Origin: Marsupella aquatica
Lineage: Eukaryota; Plantae; Marchantiophyta
DNA: 64,000 nucleotides
Direction: 5' to 3'
NCBI GenBank assembly: GCA_973895155.1
Contig: OZ316895.1
Coordinates: 11,603,858 to 11,667,857, forward strand
Shown in pieces: positions 46,259 through 58,171 of the stretch. A model generated the notes under the pieces. It did no database searches, was not told the DNA's origin, and saw nothing but the letters and a program-made list of their open reading frames with translations. The position numbers and the translations under genes are program-made. The stretch's first letter is position 1. Each line of letters begins with the position of its first letter.

Positions 46259-46451
46259 AACTCTCCCTTGACTCACGTCTTGGGAGGGTTCATAACATTG
46301 TCTTTTCCTTACAAGTTCCTTCGCGGGAAGTTCAAGACAGTAGGGCCAAAAGACCCTCCCCCTAATGCAAGGGTTAACTAGAACTAAGCCGTAGCCGATA
46401 AGCCATCGGATGGAGTACTCATATAGAGACATTTTCTTGGTTAACTCATAT

Positions 46452-49400
46452 TTACAATATTTGTAAATAATTACAATGCCTTGAAAAACTATTGGAGTCT
46501 AATACTTTGGTAAAAGCATCCGTTGGATTAAGCTTTCCATCAATCTTGACAAGCTCAAATTCATCATCCGATAATGCCTGTCGGATGAAATGATAGTGGA
46601 CATCAATGTGCTTTACCCTGCCATCCATCACCAGATTCTTGGCAGTGTAAATTGCACTTTGACTGTCACAATGAAGATATACACACTCCTGTGATAAACC
46701 CATTTCCGTGACAAGCTTTTTCAACCAAATGGTCTCTGATGCTGCTTCTGCTGCTGCTACATACTCGGCATCCATAGTAGACTTCGCAACACACTTTTGG
46801 AGAGTAGACTTCCAACTAATGCATCCACCAGCAAGTGTAAATACATATCCAGTTGTCGATCTCCTCTTATCCAGATCACCTGCGTAGTCTGCATCCACAT
46901 AACTTTGAAGCACTTTCATATTGTTTGAACTTGCATCAAACAATAAACCCTTCTTAGTGGAACCTCTGATGTAGCGCAAAATCCATTTCACTGCTTCCCA
47001 ATGAACTTTTCTTGGATTTGCCATGTATCTGCTTACCTTGCTAACGGCATAAGCTATGTCTGGTCAGGTGCATATCATGAGATACATTAAACTACCCACA
47101 GCATTTTCATAAGGAACTTTGGACATCAAACTTTTTTCTGTCGCATCCGATGGACAGAATGCTGCAAAAATATTAAAATGCCTTGCCAAAGGAACACTCA
47201 CAGCCTTAGCACCTGCCATGTTGAATTTTGAGAGTACCTTCTCTGCATATCTTTTTTGCGTCAGCCAAAGTTTGGCTTTGTTAACATCCCTGACAATCTC
47301 CATGCCTAGGATCCTCTTGGCTGTGCCCAAATCCTTCATCTTAAACTCAGAACTGAGTTGGGCTTTAAGCTTATCAACTTCGCCTCTATCCTGTGCTGCA
47401 ATGAGCATGTCATCCACATAAAGTACAAGGATGACAAGCTTAAAACCTGTGTTGTTCACACGCCTTATGTAAACACATGGATCGTACACGCTTCGCACAA
47501 ATCCAAGCGATTTCAAAAATTCATCAAAACGCTTGTTCCACTGCCTTGGGCTTTGCTTTAATCCATACAAGGATTTTAGCAACCTGCATACCAAATTTTC
47601 CTTGCCCTTTTGCACAAAACCCTCTGGTTGCCTCATGTAAATCACCTCATCCAACGATCCATATAAGAATGCCGTGACAACATCCATTTGATCTAAAACC
47701 AGATCAAATAAAACTACAAGAGCACATAGCAAACGTATTGTTGAATACTTTGCTACAGGTGAAAAAACCTCATTGTAGTCTATACCTTTTTGTTGAGTAA
47801 AACCCTTGGCTACCAACCGAGCCTTAAATATCTTCTCAGCATCCTCCGTGGGTCCATCTTTCTTCCTATACACCCACTTGCTATCAACAGTCTGCTTGTC
47901 ACTAGGTAGACTTGTGAGTTCCCAAGTCTTGTTATCATGAAGTGATTTTATTTCCATGCGCATCGCCGCCTGCCACTGTTGCTTCTCCATAGAAGCTAGG
48001 ACCTCTCGAAATGAGGATGGATCTCCATCTTTTGTCACCAATGCATCAATAGATTCTTCATCCAAATCCACTTGATCAGAAGGAAGCCAAGTACCATACC
48101 TTTCCCGGGCTTGACGTTTGCGAGTTCCTCTTCGCACTGAAGACTCTGGCTGATCTGATTGTAGTGCGCTTTGCCTTATAGTAGTGTCAACATATTCTTC
48201 ATTTGACACATCCTCTCCCCTTAAATCCTCTAGAGGAGGAGATTGCTCGTTGTTAGTAGTAGGGAATTGACCTATCTCCCCCTCCTTCAATGATTTGTCT
48301 TCATTGAAGGATATATCCCGACTAACAAGTAACTTGCAATCAACTGGATCCCACAATCGATATCCTTTAACGTCACGCTGATAACCAAGAAAAATGCATT
48401 TCTGGGCTCTAGGATCTAGCTTAGTCCTATTGTTGCTAGGAACATGTGCATATGCTTCACAGCCAAAAACCTTAAGCTTTGAATAATCAGCAGGTCGATT
48501 GTGCCATAGCTCAAAGGGGGTTTTGTAAGTAATTGCCTGACTAGGAGAGAGATTTACTAGATAAGCAGCTATGTTGACAGCTTATGCCCAAAAGATTTGT
48601 GGCAATTTAGAGTGGCTCAACATGCTCCTTGCTCGCTCCAACAATGTGCGGTTGAGTCGCTCAGCAACACCATTTTGCTCAGGAGTGTACACAGTTGTGA
48701 GATGGTGAGTAATTCCCTTATTTGCACAATACGTGTTGAACTCGCCAGAGGTGTATTCACCACCATTATCTGATCGTAGATATCTCACATTCTTTGCAGT
48801 CTGTGTCTCAACTTGAGTTACCCATTGTTTGAAGATGGAAAGCACTTCAAACTTATGGGCAATGAAATAAATCCAAACAAACCTTGAGTAATCATCGATA
48901 AACGATACATAGTATTGTTTGCCTGAATGTGAGGAAACCGGAGCAAGACCCCACACATCGGAATGAATATACTCAAGTATAACTTTAGAATGATGAATGG
49001 CAGTCGGAAATGGAGTTCTTGTTTTCTTGCCAACAATGCAATGATCACAAAAACTCAACTTGCATGCTTGCAATCCTGGTAGGAGATGTCGCTTGTGTAG
49101 GATTTCCAAACTTTTTTCACTCATGTGACCAAGCCGAGCATGCCATAAATTGATTTTCTCCTCCTGAGATGTGACCAAATTGACTTCGGCAAGAAGTGTG
49201 GTGCCTTTCAAGACATAGATGTTTCTTTTCCTCTTGCCAATAAGAACTTCAGTTGATCCATGCGTGACTGTTAACACCCCATCAGTTGCATTCCATTGAT
49301 AACCCTTCGCATCCAAGTAGCCAAGAGAAATCAAATTCTTATATACACATTTCTGGAATGTGTCTGACATTTGATAGAGTACAGTACTTGCCACCGGATA

Positions 49401-49926
49401 GTTGAATCTTTACGGATCCAATCCCTAAAACTTTGCAAGAATGATTATTTTCCATCAAAACAGATCCGTTGATAGGAGTGTAGGATGAGAAAAGTTCACG
49501 CATATAGCACATGTGATACGAGCAAGCGGAATCCAAGATCCATTGACAATCCTCAACTTGGGAAGTGGTACACAATGCAAATCCTTCACTATCCTCTTCT
49601 CGAACAACTACTTGGGCTGAAGAACCGGTAACTTCCTTGAATGTGTCTTTGACGTGACAATCCTTCTTCATGTGGCCCACTTTGTCACACTTCCAACACT
49701 TTATCTCACGAGTAGACTTGGATGGTGATTTGGATCGAGATCTAGATCTGGATCTAAACCTCCTCCTACCAAAAGATCGGTCGTGGAACCTTCCTCGCTC
49801 CATGGGAAGTGGGTTAAACCTTTTGTTTTCATGAGATGGCTCCCTTGATTTGCCTCTTTCTACCAACAATGCTGTTGATGATGAGGTTGAGGTAGGATGA
49901 GCTGAAGAAACCAGCTTAGACTGCAT
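46452..49926 (-). pseudogene. Copia gag-pol polyprotein with a frameshift and two in-frame stops
   Basis: CWKCDKVGHMKKDC; WILDSACSYHM (protease); LWHARLGH, YLRSDNGGEY, PEQNGVAERLN (integrase); QMDVVTAFL, SLYGLKQSPRQW, LYVDDML (RT); YVDADYAG, CDSQSAI, KHIDVHYHF (RNase H). Frameshift near 49340; stops at 48582 and 47064. Confidence 0.95.
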
Positions 49927-52900
49927 GCACTAGAAGAAACCGAGCCATTCTGAGACCCAACCTTACATGACTTGTGTGAGACCTTTGAAAATAAGTGACT
50001 CCAAGGTTTAGGGTGTCATCTTTGTTACATCTTCTTGACTCACTTTTGGTGAAGTTCTGGGAAGTCATGTATTTAACTATTGGGAAAGTTGCTTCTGTAA
50101 CTGAGTTAAGACAAGTATATTGAAGTTATATAAGTGACCATGACTTACATGATTTCCTTGCCCAATACATATGATTTTGGATCCATCATATTAATCACAT
50201 TATGTCATGCAATTATATATAGTTACCTCCCTTTGCTTTAACCATCACTGAGTTGCTCTTTATTGTTCCCCTATAAGAAAGTATACATGACATTTTTACC
50301 CTAATTGAAGTTTAGGTAAGTAGGGCAAATTTGTGATTCTAGCTAGACAAGAACCAACCAAATTTAAGTTAACATTCATGTACACGGCCGCAACTGAGTT
50401 CAAAAAGGTGTGAAAATTTGTGCCATGCCCCCAAAAATAATGATGCACCCTAAACCCTAATACTCTACATACATAGTTACCTTAAAAAAGTCACCACAAC
50501 CAATTAGTGGTACTTGTCACATACTGCTCACACACATATTAAAACTCACTTCATCCACTAACTCATTTTAAAAATTTGCTCTGCATATATACCCCATAAT
50601 TAGCCAATATCAAATGGAACCCCCTTCATATGGGAATATTGAAGGGCCCAATTTAGGACCTCTTTTTCCTTAAGTGCACAATGCAATGCCGTTGCATCAA
50701 TTTCTCTATCGGAAGCCCTCTTCCAATGAACCATGTTGCGCAATTGCAAGTTGATACAACTGGCAATAGCTTTTGCCCTAAACTTTTGACTGCCAAAAGC
50801 TTTTGTGGAGGGACTTGGAGAAAGAGAGAGTGCGCCCGCAAAGTGAGAGTCTTGTTGTTTCATGAGTGGGAAAGTTTTCACATCTTGTCAAAGCAGTCGT
50901 CTAGTGTGCGCTTGCTTGGGTGAATCCTATCGCGCAACTTGCTATCGAGTTGCATCCCTTGCACACAGAGAGGTGAAGTGTTGTTGTTTGGCAAGCGGGA
51001 AGGTGCCACTCTCACATTATGAATTCCATCCTAGGTTTACCCGAGTGAATCCTATTGACCTACGACCTTCAAAGAAGTGTAGTGACAACTTTTGGTGTGC
51101 TCGCTTGCTCACTGTGGCCTATTCACGAGGAGTGGTCTTGTGCGGATTGGTGAGGTGGAGGTGGAGCAGTACTGTGGACAGGGGGCTCTAAAGGTTTATA
51201 AGGTGCATGCGGTGGGGGTCATCCAGGACATCATCATCGAACAAAGGGACGACGACGATTGTGAGTATGAGTTTGCATTGTTCTCTACTGGGTTCCGAAT
51301 TGAGTTTTGAGCTGTGGTGGCTTAACAATGGTTGCGGGTGGGACCTCCCAGGGGCAAGGGGACGGCGCCGAACGTTCCTAGGAGGATGCAAAATAGACTT
51401 GTGCTACATTAGGATCCACATCTGTGTCTCTGCCTTGCCTTATTGATGGGAATCTACAGTGCATTTGGATTGGGAAGGTGAGAGCTGTCTATAGAATGCG
51501 TCGAAGCTGATTTTTGTTCAGATTTGGTCTTATGGAGAAGTTGATTCTTCTCTGCATAATGCTGCCTTGCTGAGCTGCATTGGGCTATGATGCGGGAGGT
51601 ATTCATCAAACGGCAAGCTTTTGGCTGCAGCTACCAAGTGTAAGTTTAGGGAGTTGAGAGCGGAAGCTGCCAATTTGGAGTTGCGAGTGTTCAAATTTGA
51701 GTGAGTTGGGGTAGTGAACGTTGAGCATCAACCTGCAGGGAGGTGCGACAGAAGTCTACTTCTGTGGCAGAGTGAGCTGAGCAAGTGCAAACTACGGGAG
51801 TGGAGCATCGTGGCTGCAACATTGACCGGGACTTTTTTTGCGTTGGGCACTGTGAGTAAGGCAGTCTACGGAGGCGCGAAAGAGTCGCGAGGAGTCGAGT
51901 TCAGCTACGGCAGTATTCACTTCAGTTGTCTCAATGTGGTTGGCGTGAGCTGCAGGTGAGCTTAGCTGTGTGCACATTTCATGTAAGTCAGGTGGTCGGT
52001 GTTTTAGGCATTGCGGAACTTGATTGACCACCCCATGGCTAAGGTTTAAGGTGCGGACTACAACAAATATGTGTTGTTGCTGAAAGTGTTGGTGGTGAGC
52101 GACAACTGGTATTGTTTCAGCTAAAGGGAGCACATTGGAGCTTGTGTATCCATGACCTGCGACCGATTGCGGCTGCCTGCTGTTACAATTGCCGAATCAA
52201 TCATGCACCCAATCTTGCGGGCAGACACAACTTTGCGGGAGTGTTGAAGGTTTAGGGTGAGCAACAGCGGAGAGCTCATTGCTTGGTGGCAGGGTTGAAG
52301 GTGGATGATCGGGCTGCAAGGCCAACCAGGGACTTGTTTTGCATTGAGCGATTGCTGCGGATTGCTACGCAGCTTCAGTTAGGGCGGCTTGGTGCTACAT
52401 CGGCACAGGTAAGGCTGCAATCCCCTATCGACGCGGACTCACCTCGTGACTACAAGTATAGTTGTCTAGGTGATGTATGCATTGCGTGTTTAGGGTCTAG
52501 GTGACATCGCTGCTAAGCAAAATTTGTGAGCTGCCTAGGTCCATTGCCGAATGTTGCTTCCTTTAAATTACCTGGTGCCTGCTGTTACAATCGCCTGCTC
52601 AATCATGCACCCAATCGCCTGGAGCTCATTTGCCTGGAGCTTCATCCGTCAGATTCAAACTGTTATTGCTGCTCTGCCCTTTTGCCATGGGTTGCCGGCC
52701 TACCGGATGCTATCAACAGATTAAGAACAAGTCATATCCTAAGTCCCGGTGTTGCAGTGATGTCCCCGACCCTAAGATGCTTTCCGAACTCATCTTTCTT
52801 GTTTCCTGTTGCTGCTGATGTATGTATGTTCTCCCCTATTTTTGCTTACAGATTGGTCTCTCCACACTTCTTGCTTGACATGATTGTTTTGCTCCTCCCT

Positions 52901-52982
52901 GTATCAGAACATGCCTTGTGCCCGGCGGTGGGGTGGGGGGGTGAACAGACGACCTTAAGGTTCACTACATTTCTAGGAACTG

Positions 52983-53136
52983 TGCATCTTTCAGCTGATT
53001 TTAGCCGCAAGTTCCCTTGCTTTCCCCTGTTTTTGCTAAGATCCCTCCCACTAATCACATGCATCTTTCAGCTGATTTTAGCTGCAAGTTCCCTTGCTTT
53101 CCCCTGCTTTTGCTAAGATCCCTCCCCACTAATGAC
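52983..53136. repeat. Tandem duplication, 77-bp unit x2
   Basis: TGCATCTTTCAGCTGATTTTAGC...CCCTCCCACTAAT at 52983 and 53060. Confidence 0.9.
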
Positions 53137-54333
53137 ATGCATCCTTTACTTTTCTCGGTGGCCCGTGCGCCTGCCTTCCTACTTTCGTTCTTATGGACTC
53201 TCCTTAGGTTTTCATTCACCTGGTTTTGGACTTTTTGCTCCGGTGGAATCTGTCTTGACAACTTGTGTTTGTTCTAATTGTTAATATCTCAAGAGGGTCG
53301 TCAACTAAGCTGAAAGGAGTCAAAGCTAACTACAAGCTAGCAAAATAATACAGAGAATGCTCCCAAGTCGAGTCAGGAGGAAGTTACTAAAACTAGACCT
53401 TCACAACTCTCGAAACTGGAAAGTGAAATTCAGCGTGAGACACGTAGCTGAAGGCCACAAGGATAACTATATGGCCACGCTGTCCCCCATTCAAGTCCAA
53501 AGTCCTCTTCAGATTGTCTGAACTCCTATTGAATGTATTGAATAATTATTTCATCACAGAAATTTTCAGAACAAACACGGAAGCACCAGGGGGCTGAGGA
53601 TTAGGTATTGAGGCTGAAGACATTGAGGTCATAAACTAGGTGTGGTTCGGGTGACAATGTTAGCAACTGATGCTTCTTCAGGGGAACTTCCCATGTGCAG
53701 TTTATCCACACATGATTGACTTTGGTTCTTGCTGTTTTTCTTTTGGTGTACTCTTGAGTTTGGTGTCACTCTATCCTTTCCTGTAGCCTCGAAATAGGAA
53801 CACACCTGCTTAGTGGTCCCCAATCGCCCAATGATTTATAATGACTGTGTCTAGGTGATGTATGCATTGCGTGTTCATTCCAGAAGAATGAATATGTACA
53901 CTTTGCACAAACCTGGACAGATTTTGAATGTTATTTATCTGAGTTTCTGTTTGTGAGCTCTGACTTGGAGCCTTAACATTTGTGTTTCTGTGGGGCTGAG
54001 CAGAGTTTGTTCCGTCTAGAAGCTGCTGTACTGAAGTGATCAGCCTCCAGCTTGGAGGTGAATCTTCAATTTTTTGTGGATCCGAGTGACTTCTGTCCAG
54101 CTGAGTTTTGCTTTGTCGGGACGATTGTGTTTGGCTAAGATGCTAGATTGTGGCTTGTCTTCTTGCTTCTAGCTTGTGTATTTTCAATTAATAGAAGTTG
54201 GGAACGAAGTGATAATTGAATTTCCTTATATTAAGCATCTTCACCTAGAAACTCAATACATAAACTCCAGGATTCCCTCGGGACATAAAATGAGCCAAAT
54301 TGTCTCAAAATTGGGAACCTGCACCCGCACTAC

Positions 54334-54676
54334 TCAAACAATTGTGTTGGGCTTGGTGGCCTTGTAAGTCTTCTTTAGCTTTCACAATGGAGGTTGAATC
54401 TTGCAGTACGTCAAGGGGAACTTGATCTTTGAATCATGGAACTGCTTGGTACTTTCTCGCTTGCACAGAGAGACAGGGACTGTCGTAGTCTTCATGATCT
54501 GGATGCAAGGGAACCGAACTCTATGACAAGAAGCCATCTCATCATACATCTGCTCTGCAGCTCCGTTTCTTGTGGTATCACAATATTCCTTGTACATGTT
54601 GTGATAACCTGTACGACTCTGATACGTGGACCCAGATACCGAAGTTCTTAATTGTGGTGGGCTTCTTTTTGAAGAT
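54334..54676 (-). pseudogene. RPL18A: 60S ribosomal protein L18a (eL20) 3' exon fragment
   Basis: [15 protein letters not shown] [frameshift] [18 protein letters not shown]...RVRFPCIQI...[18 protein letters not shown]...PPL*KLKKTYKATKPN. It begins at a CAG acceptor; the 5' exons were not seen. Confidence 0.92.
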
Positions 54677-55678
54677 CTGGTAGACACATTATTCAGCATT
54701 TGCTAACTTCAAAACTAGAAGGGTAACACATTAAACAACAGAGAAACTCACAACATCCTCCTTTGGTCCTTCAGAGTCTGTACTTTGATTCTGAAGTTTG
54801 ACTGAGTTTTTGTTTACTAAAAGAATGTGACTATGTAAGAGTTCCGTTTGGCAGTGGATTGGTTGAAGCACTTCATGCTAGTGTGTTGTCCACAGCTCTT
54901 CAACCAGCTTTCGTCTTCCTTGTCTTTCACCACTTACGATGACATCAATTCAGCTAAGACCATAGAAGGTTCCAAAGCATCTAACTTGTAAAATCGCATT
55001 CTGTTACATCAAGGACTAAGGTGTTGGGTGCCAAAGGAGACAGCACAACAAACACGCTGAAAAGACTTCAGGACTGGGTTCAACAAGGTAGTGAAGGTGC
55101 TTAGAGCCATAGTAAGTATGCATTCTGTATCTTTCTCTGTTGATGTGAGCTTGTGCATAATGGGAGTTGTAGTTGGCAAGAGTTCCAAATATGAATAGAT
55201 CCAGAAGTATGTGATCATGTACTTGCTCTATAAAGTTCTGAAGATATAAGCATTTTCTGTTAGACCAGGCAACTTGGGAGTTGGTAAGTGTCACTTGCAT
55301 CTGAGGGGCGGGGCATCAGTGGAGGTTCACTTGCACAACACGACAACCAGTGAATTTTCTCTCTGCTGCAACCTGCAAGGTGAGACTTTCGGTCTTTCTG
55401 GATGAAAAAACAGGAGTTTAATATGATTGATATACATGTCCGTCGAGAATATGGGTTTATCACCAAGCTCTTTGTCTTAGGAAACTCATAAACTCAGAAT
55501 CAAATATGTACTATGCACGTTTCATGCTATGTGTATACTATGACCTGTAGTTGGAACCAAGACAATGAGTGGGAACTAATTAGTTTAGGTGGTTGCTGTT
55601 GGCGAGGCAAGTCGACCTCCTGCTCACCTTGCTCATCAAAGGACGTGAACAGAGGACATCACAACGAAAGCAACACTT

Positions 55679-56128
55679 ATGGTGAGGACCCGCAACGCTG
55701 AACATGTGCGACTTGCACGCAAGGCAGAGATGTTGCGCCTTGAGTATGTCAGACTTGGGATCCTTCCAGCCCAGTCTGCATGGTACTTTGAGTACCCTGT
55801 TGTTTCCAGGAACAACTACAGCCGGCCTCTACCTGCTTCAGTACCCTTCCCGACATCCTTGGTATTTGTGTCTCTTGTACATGACCAGCCACAAATTAGG
55901 TGCCAAGGGTGTGTACACAGTTGCCAATATGACTGTCCTGCCTGTAGGGCTTCTGGCCCAAAATTGGATGACCGTTCTCTTGGATGCCGATTTTTGCACA
56001 GAGCACAATGTATCATCTGGAACCACTCGCCATCCTGCAGTGTGCCTGGTGATGTCACTTGTCCTGCCCTCCCAGACCCCACCACCGGTGACTTTGGTGT
56101 CTACACATGTTTGGATCACATGCTCTAG
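55679..56128 (+). CDS. Cys/His-rich hypothetical protein (149 aa), possible zinc finger
   Basis: ATG-initiated open frame MVRTR... with CQGC, CPAC, CRFLHRAQC and CLDH. Same strand as the neighbouring cargo ORFs. No family recognised. Confidence 0.4.
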   Translation: MVRTRNAEHVRLARKAEMLRLEYVRLGILPAQSAWYFEYPVVSRNNYSRPLPASVPFPTSLVFVSLVHDQPQIRCQGCVHSCQYDCPACRASGPKLDDRSLGCRFLHRAQCIIWNHSPSCSVPGDVTCPALPDPTTGDFGVYTCLDHML

Positions 56129-56743
56129 AGGACCACTTGTCACACCGCATGCACAGACCAGATACCATTGACCTATAGCTTAACACTCTGACTTCAACAC
56201 AGAGGATATTTACTTAAAATTTTGATGTATGAGCAATTTTGGGTCCAGGGTTTAGGGTCAACAGTACATAACTTATATCCTATTATGCCTGCACTAAGCA
56301 AAATATCCTAATTTAAGAGGCTAGCAAACTCGCATAAAAGTCTCTATTGAAAGACTGCTTTCATGACTGCTTTAACCTGGTGAACATTGCAACGTTGAAT
56401 GAATTAATGGGCCATGTGATAATATGCAAAATGATTTATGCCTCACTTATTTGTCTCAGCCACTATCATAACCTATTTAGGATGTATAAATTTCAACCCT
56501 TATGACACTGCTTCATACCAATCCTCTTCGAAGAATGCCTGTTTTACATGTCACGACTATTGTATGTGATTCAAATGCATGAAATGTTGTTGCAGATCTC
56601 CTTTGGTGAATCATAGCCACAATTAAAATTGAGGTGTTGGTGGAGAAATTGTATTAGGGGATCAGTTTTGTGTGTGGGCTCAACATACCAAAAGTATGTG
56701 TGCTCTGCATCCTTGTGTGGCCATTCCAATTCATTGCAGTAGC

Positions 56744-56887
56744 AAATGCCTTTGTACCTTAAATGCTAAATATATTTTACTTTCTGTGCAGTCTGCTAAA
56801 TTGTAGAGTCTATCTAAATGCCTTTGTACCTTAAATGCTAAATATATTTTACTTTCTGTGCAGTCTGCTAAATTGTAGAGTCTATCT
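56744..56887. repeat. Perfect tandem duplication, 72-bp unit x2
   Basis: AAATGCCTTTGTACC...GTAGAGTCTATCT at 56744 and 56816. Confidence 0.92.
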
Positions 56888-56898
56888 CATGCGCAGGC

Positions 56899-57579
56899 AT
56901 GGCACGGCCTAAAATTCAAGCCAAAAAGCGTGTGACAGAGGTGAGAAACACAGGTGTACTTGGGGCAGATGCTACTAACTTCTCTGCAAGTCAGATTTTC
57001 CAGAAGGCAGCTCATTGTTGTGCCATTTGTGACGATGGTGGGGGCCTGGTCATTTGTGAGGGCCCTTGCATGAGGCATTTCCACCTCAACCCGGAGTCTG
57101 ACCTTGCTGCAGAAAACAACTGTCCAGGGGTGGGCCTCCCGTCAACACACCAGGGAGACTGGATGTGCACTGATTGTTTGGAGAAGCAGGCTAAGTGTGC
57201 ACAGTGTGGGAAGTTGGGGTCCTATGAGGGCTCTGTTGATGCTGCAGCAAATGTTAGGAAATGTCCAGACCGTTTTTGTGTGAGATTTTTCTGTTTTGAG
57301 TGTTTGCCTGCTCATGCCACAGCTTGCCCACTTCATAGGTGCAAGGCATGTGGTGAGCATGATGATGACTACTGGACTGACATAGTCCACTGTGCTAGGT
57401 GTCCCACTATGTGGCACTATCATTGCCTGAAAGATCATCAAGCAGAGGGTTATGCTTGTGACAGAGAAATCTATGATCACTCTGCACATGGTGTTGATCG
57501 ATGGATATTTTATTGTCATCGCCATGCCATTGATCCTACCTCGCGCACTCCTGTGAGAGATCACATATCTTGGCTGTGA
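56899..57579 (+). CDS. Stand-alone EDM2-like composite PHD finger protein (226 aa)
   Basis: CAICDDGGGLVICEGPCMRHFH...C..C...CAQCGKLGS...CPLHRCKAC...CARCPTMWHYHCL...IFYCHRHAIDPTSRTPVRDHI. The pattern, including the terminal TPVRDH, matches my recollection of the plant EDM2 PHD region. The ORF is uninterrupted. Confidence 0.85.
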   Translation: MARPKIQAKKRVTEVRNTGVLGADATNFSASQIFQKAAHCCAICDDGGGLVICEGPCMRHFHLNPESDLAAENNCPGVGLPSTHQGDWMCTDCLEKQAKCAQCGKLGSYEGSVDAAANVRKCPDRFCVRFFCFECLPAHATACPLHRCKACGEHDDDYWTDIVHCARCPTMWHYHCLKDHQAEGYACDREIYDHSAHGVDRWIFYCHRHAIDPTSRTPVRDHISWL

Positions 57580-58171
57580 AGCTGAACATTGTACATGCAC
57601 AGTGCACCTGATGTGGATGTACTATTTTTTGAGATTGCAGAGATTCCAATTTTGAAAAGGAGTTGGGTAGGCGAGTTTATATAGGCAGCACTTATCTTGT
57701 GCTCTGGCGTCAGTGGCTGGGTACATGCCTATACAAACTTATCCTTACAAGCCTTCTTGGAAGTATTTAGGCTGAGTGGTCATTTTCATAAACACTTTCA
57801 TCACACTGCTAAATTAAAACAGGACTTCTAAGTTGTAAGCGTATAAATTATCAGGCATGCAATTAATCAAATTGCCCTATAAGTTTGTCATTGAATGTAT
57901 CCTCCTTTACAACAAAATATGTATGTGCCATGACAAGTTGGTTGCACTTCATTTCACCACGGATATGGATTTTGTAGTATATATTCAAACAATGTCCTGC
58001 ATCCGTGCAGGTGCCTAGTACGTATTGTTCACATATCCCTTGTACCTATCAAAATCGGACCTGAGCACCAGTGGGCCAGATCAACTCAAAAAGCAGGAAT
58101 TTTGTTGTCCTTGTATTGTCAGGTGAACCCATTCTTCCAAAATTCACTGTCATCACGTAGGGTGTGTGTAC

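Larger units (their letters stand above)
45905..49927 (-). mobile_element. Ty1/Copia LTR retrotransposon, 3' part; gag is interrupted by a CACTA insertion
   Basis: Domain order gag zinc knuckle-PR-INT-RT-RH, then PPT AGTCAAGGGAGAGTT (46259-46273) and a 3' LTR. No 5' LTR or PBS occurs in the window. Confidence 0.92.

Noticed and set aside
50600-53300. Short ORFs in the left part of the CACTA interval, possibly further captured fragments
   Set aside because: No recognisable homology; ORF 52526-53116 is partly built from a 77-bp tandem repeat.
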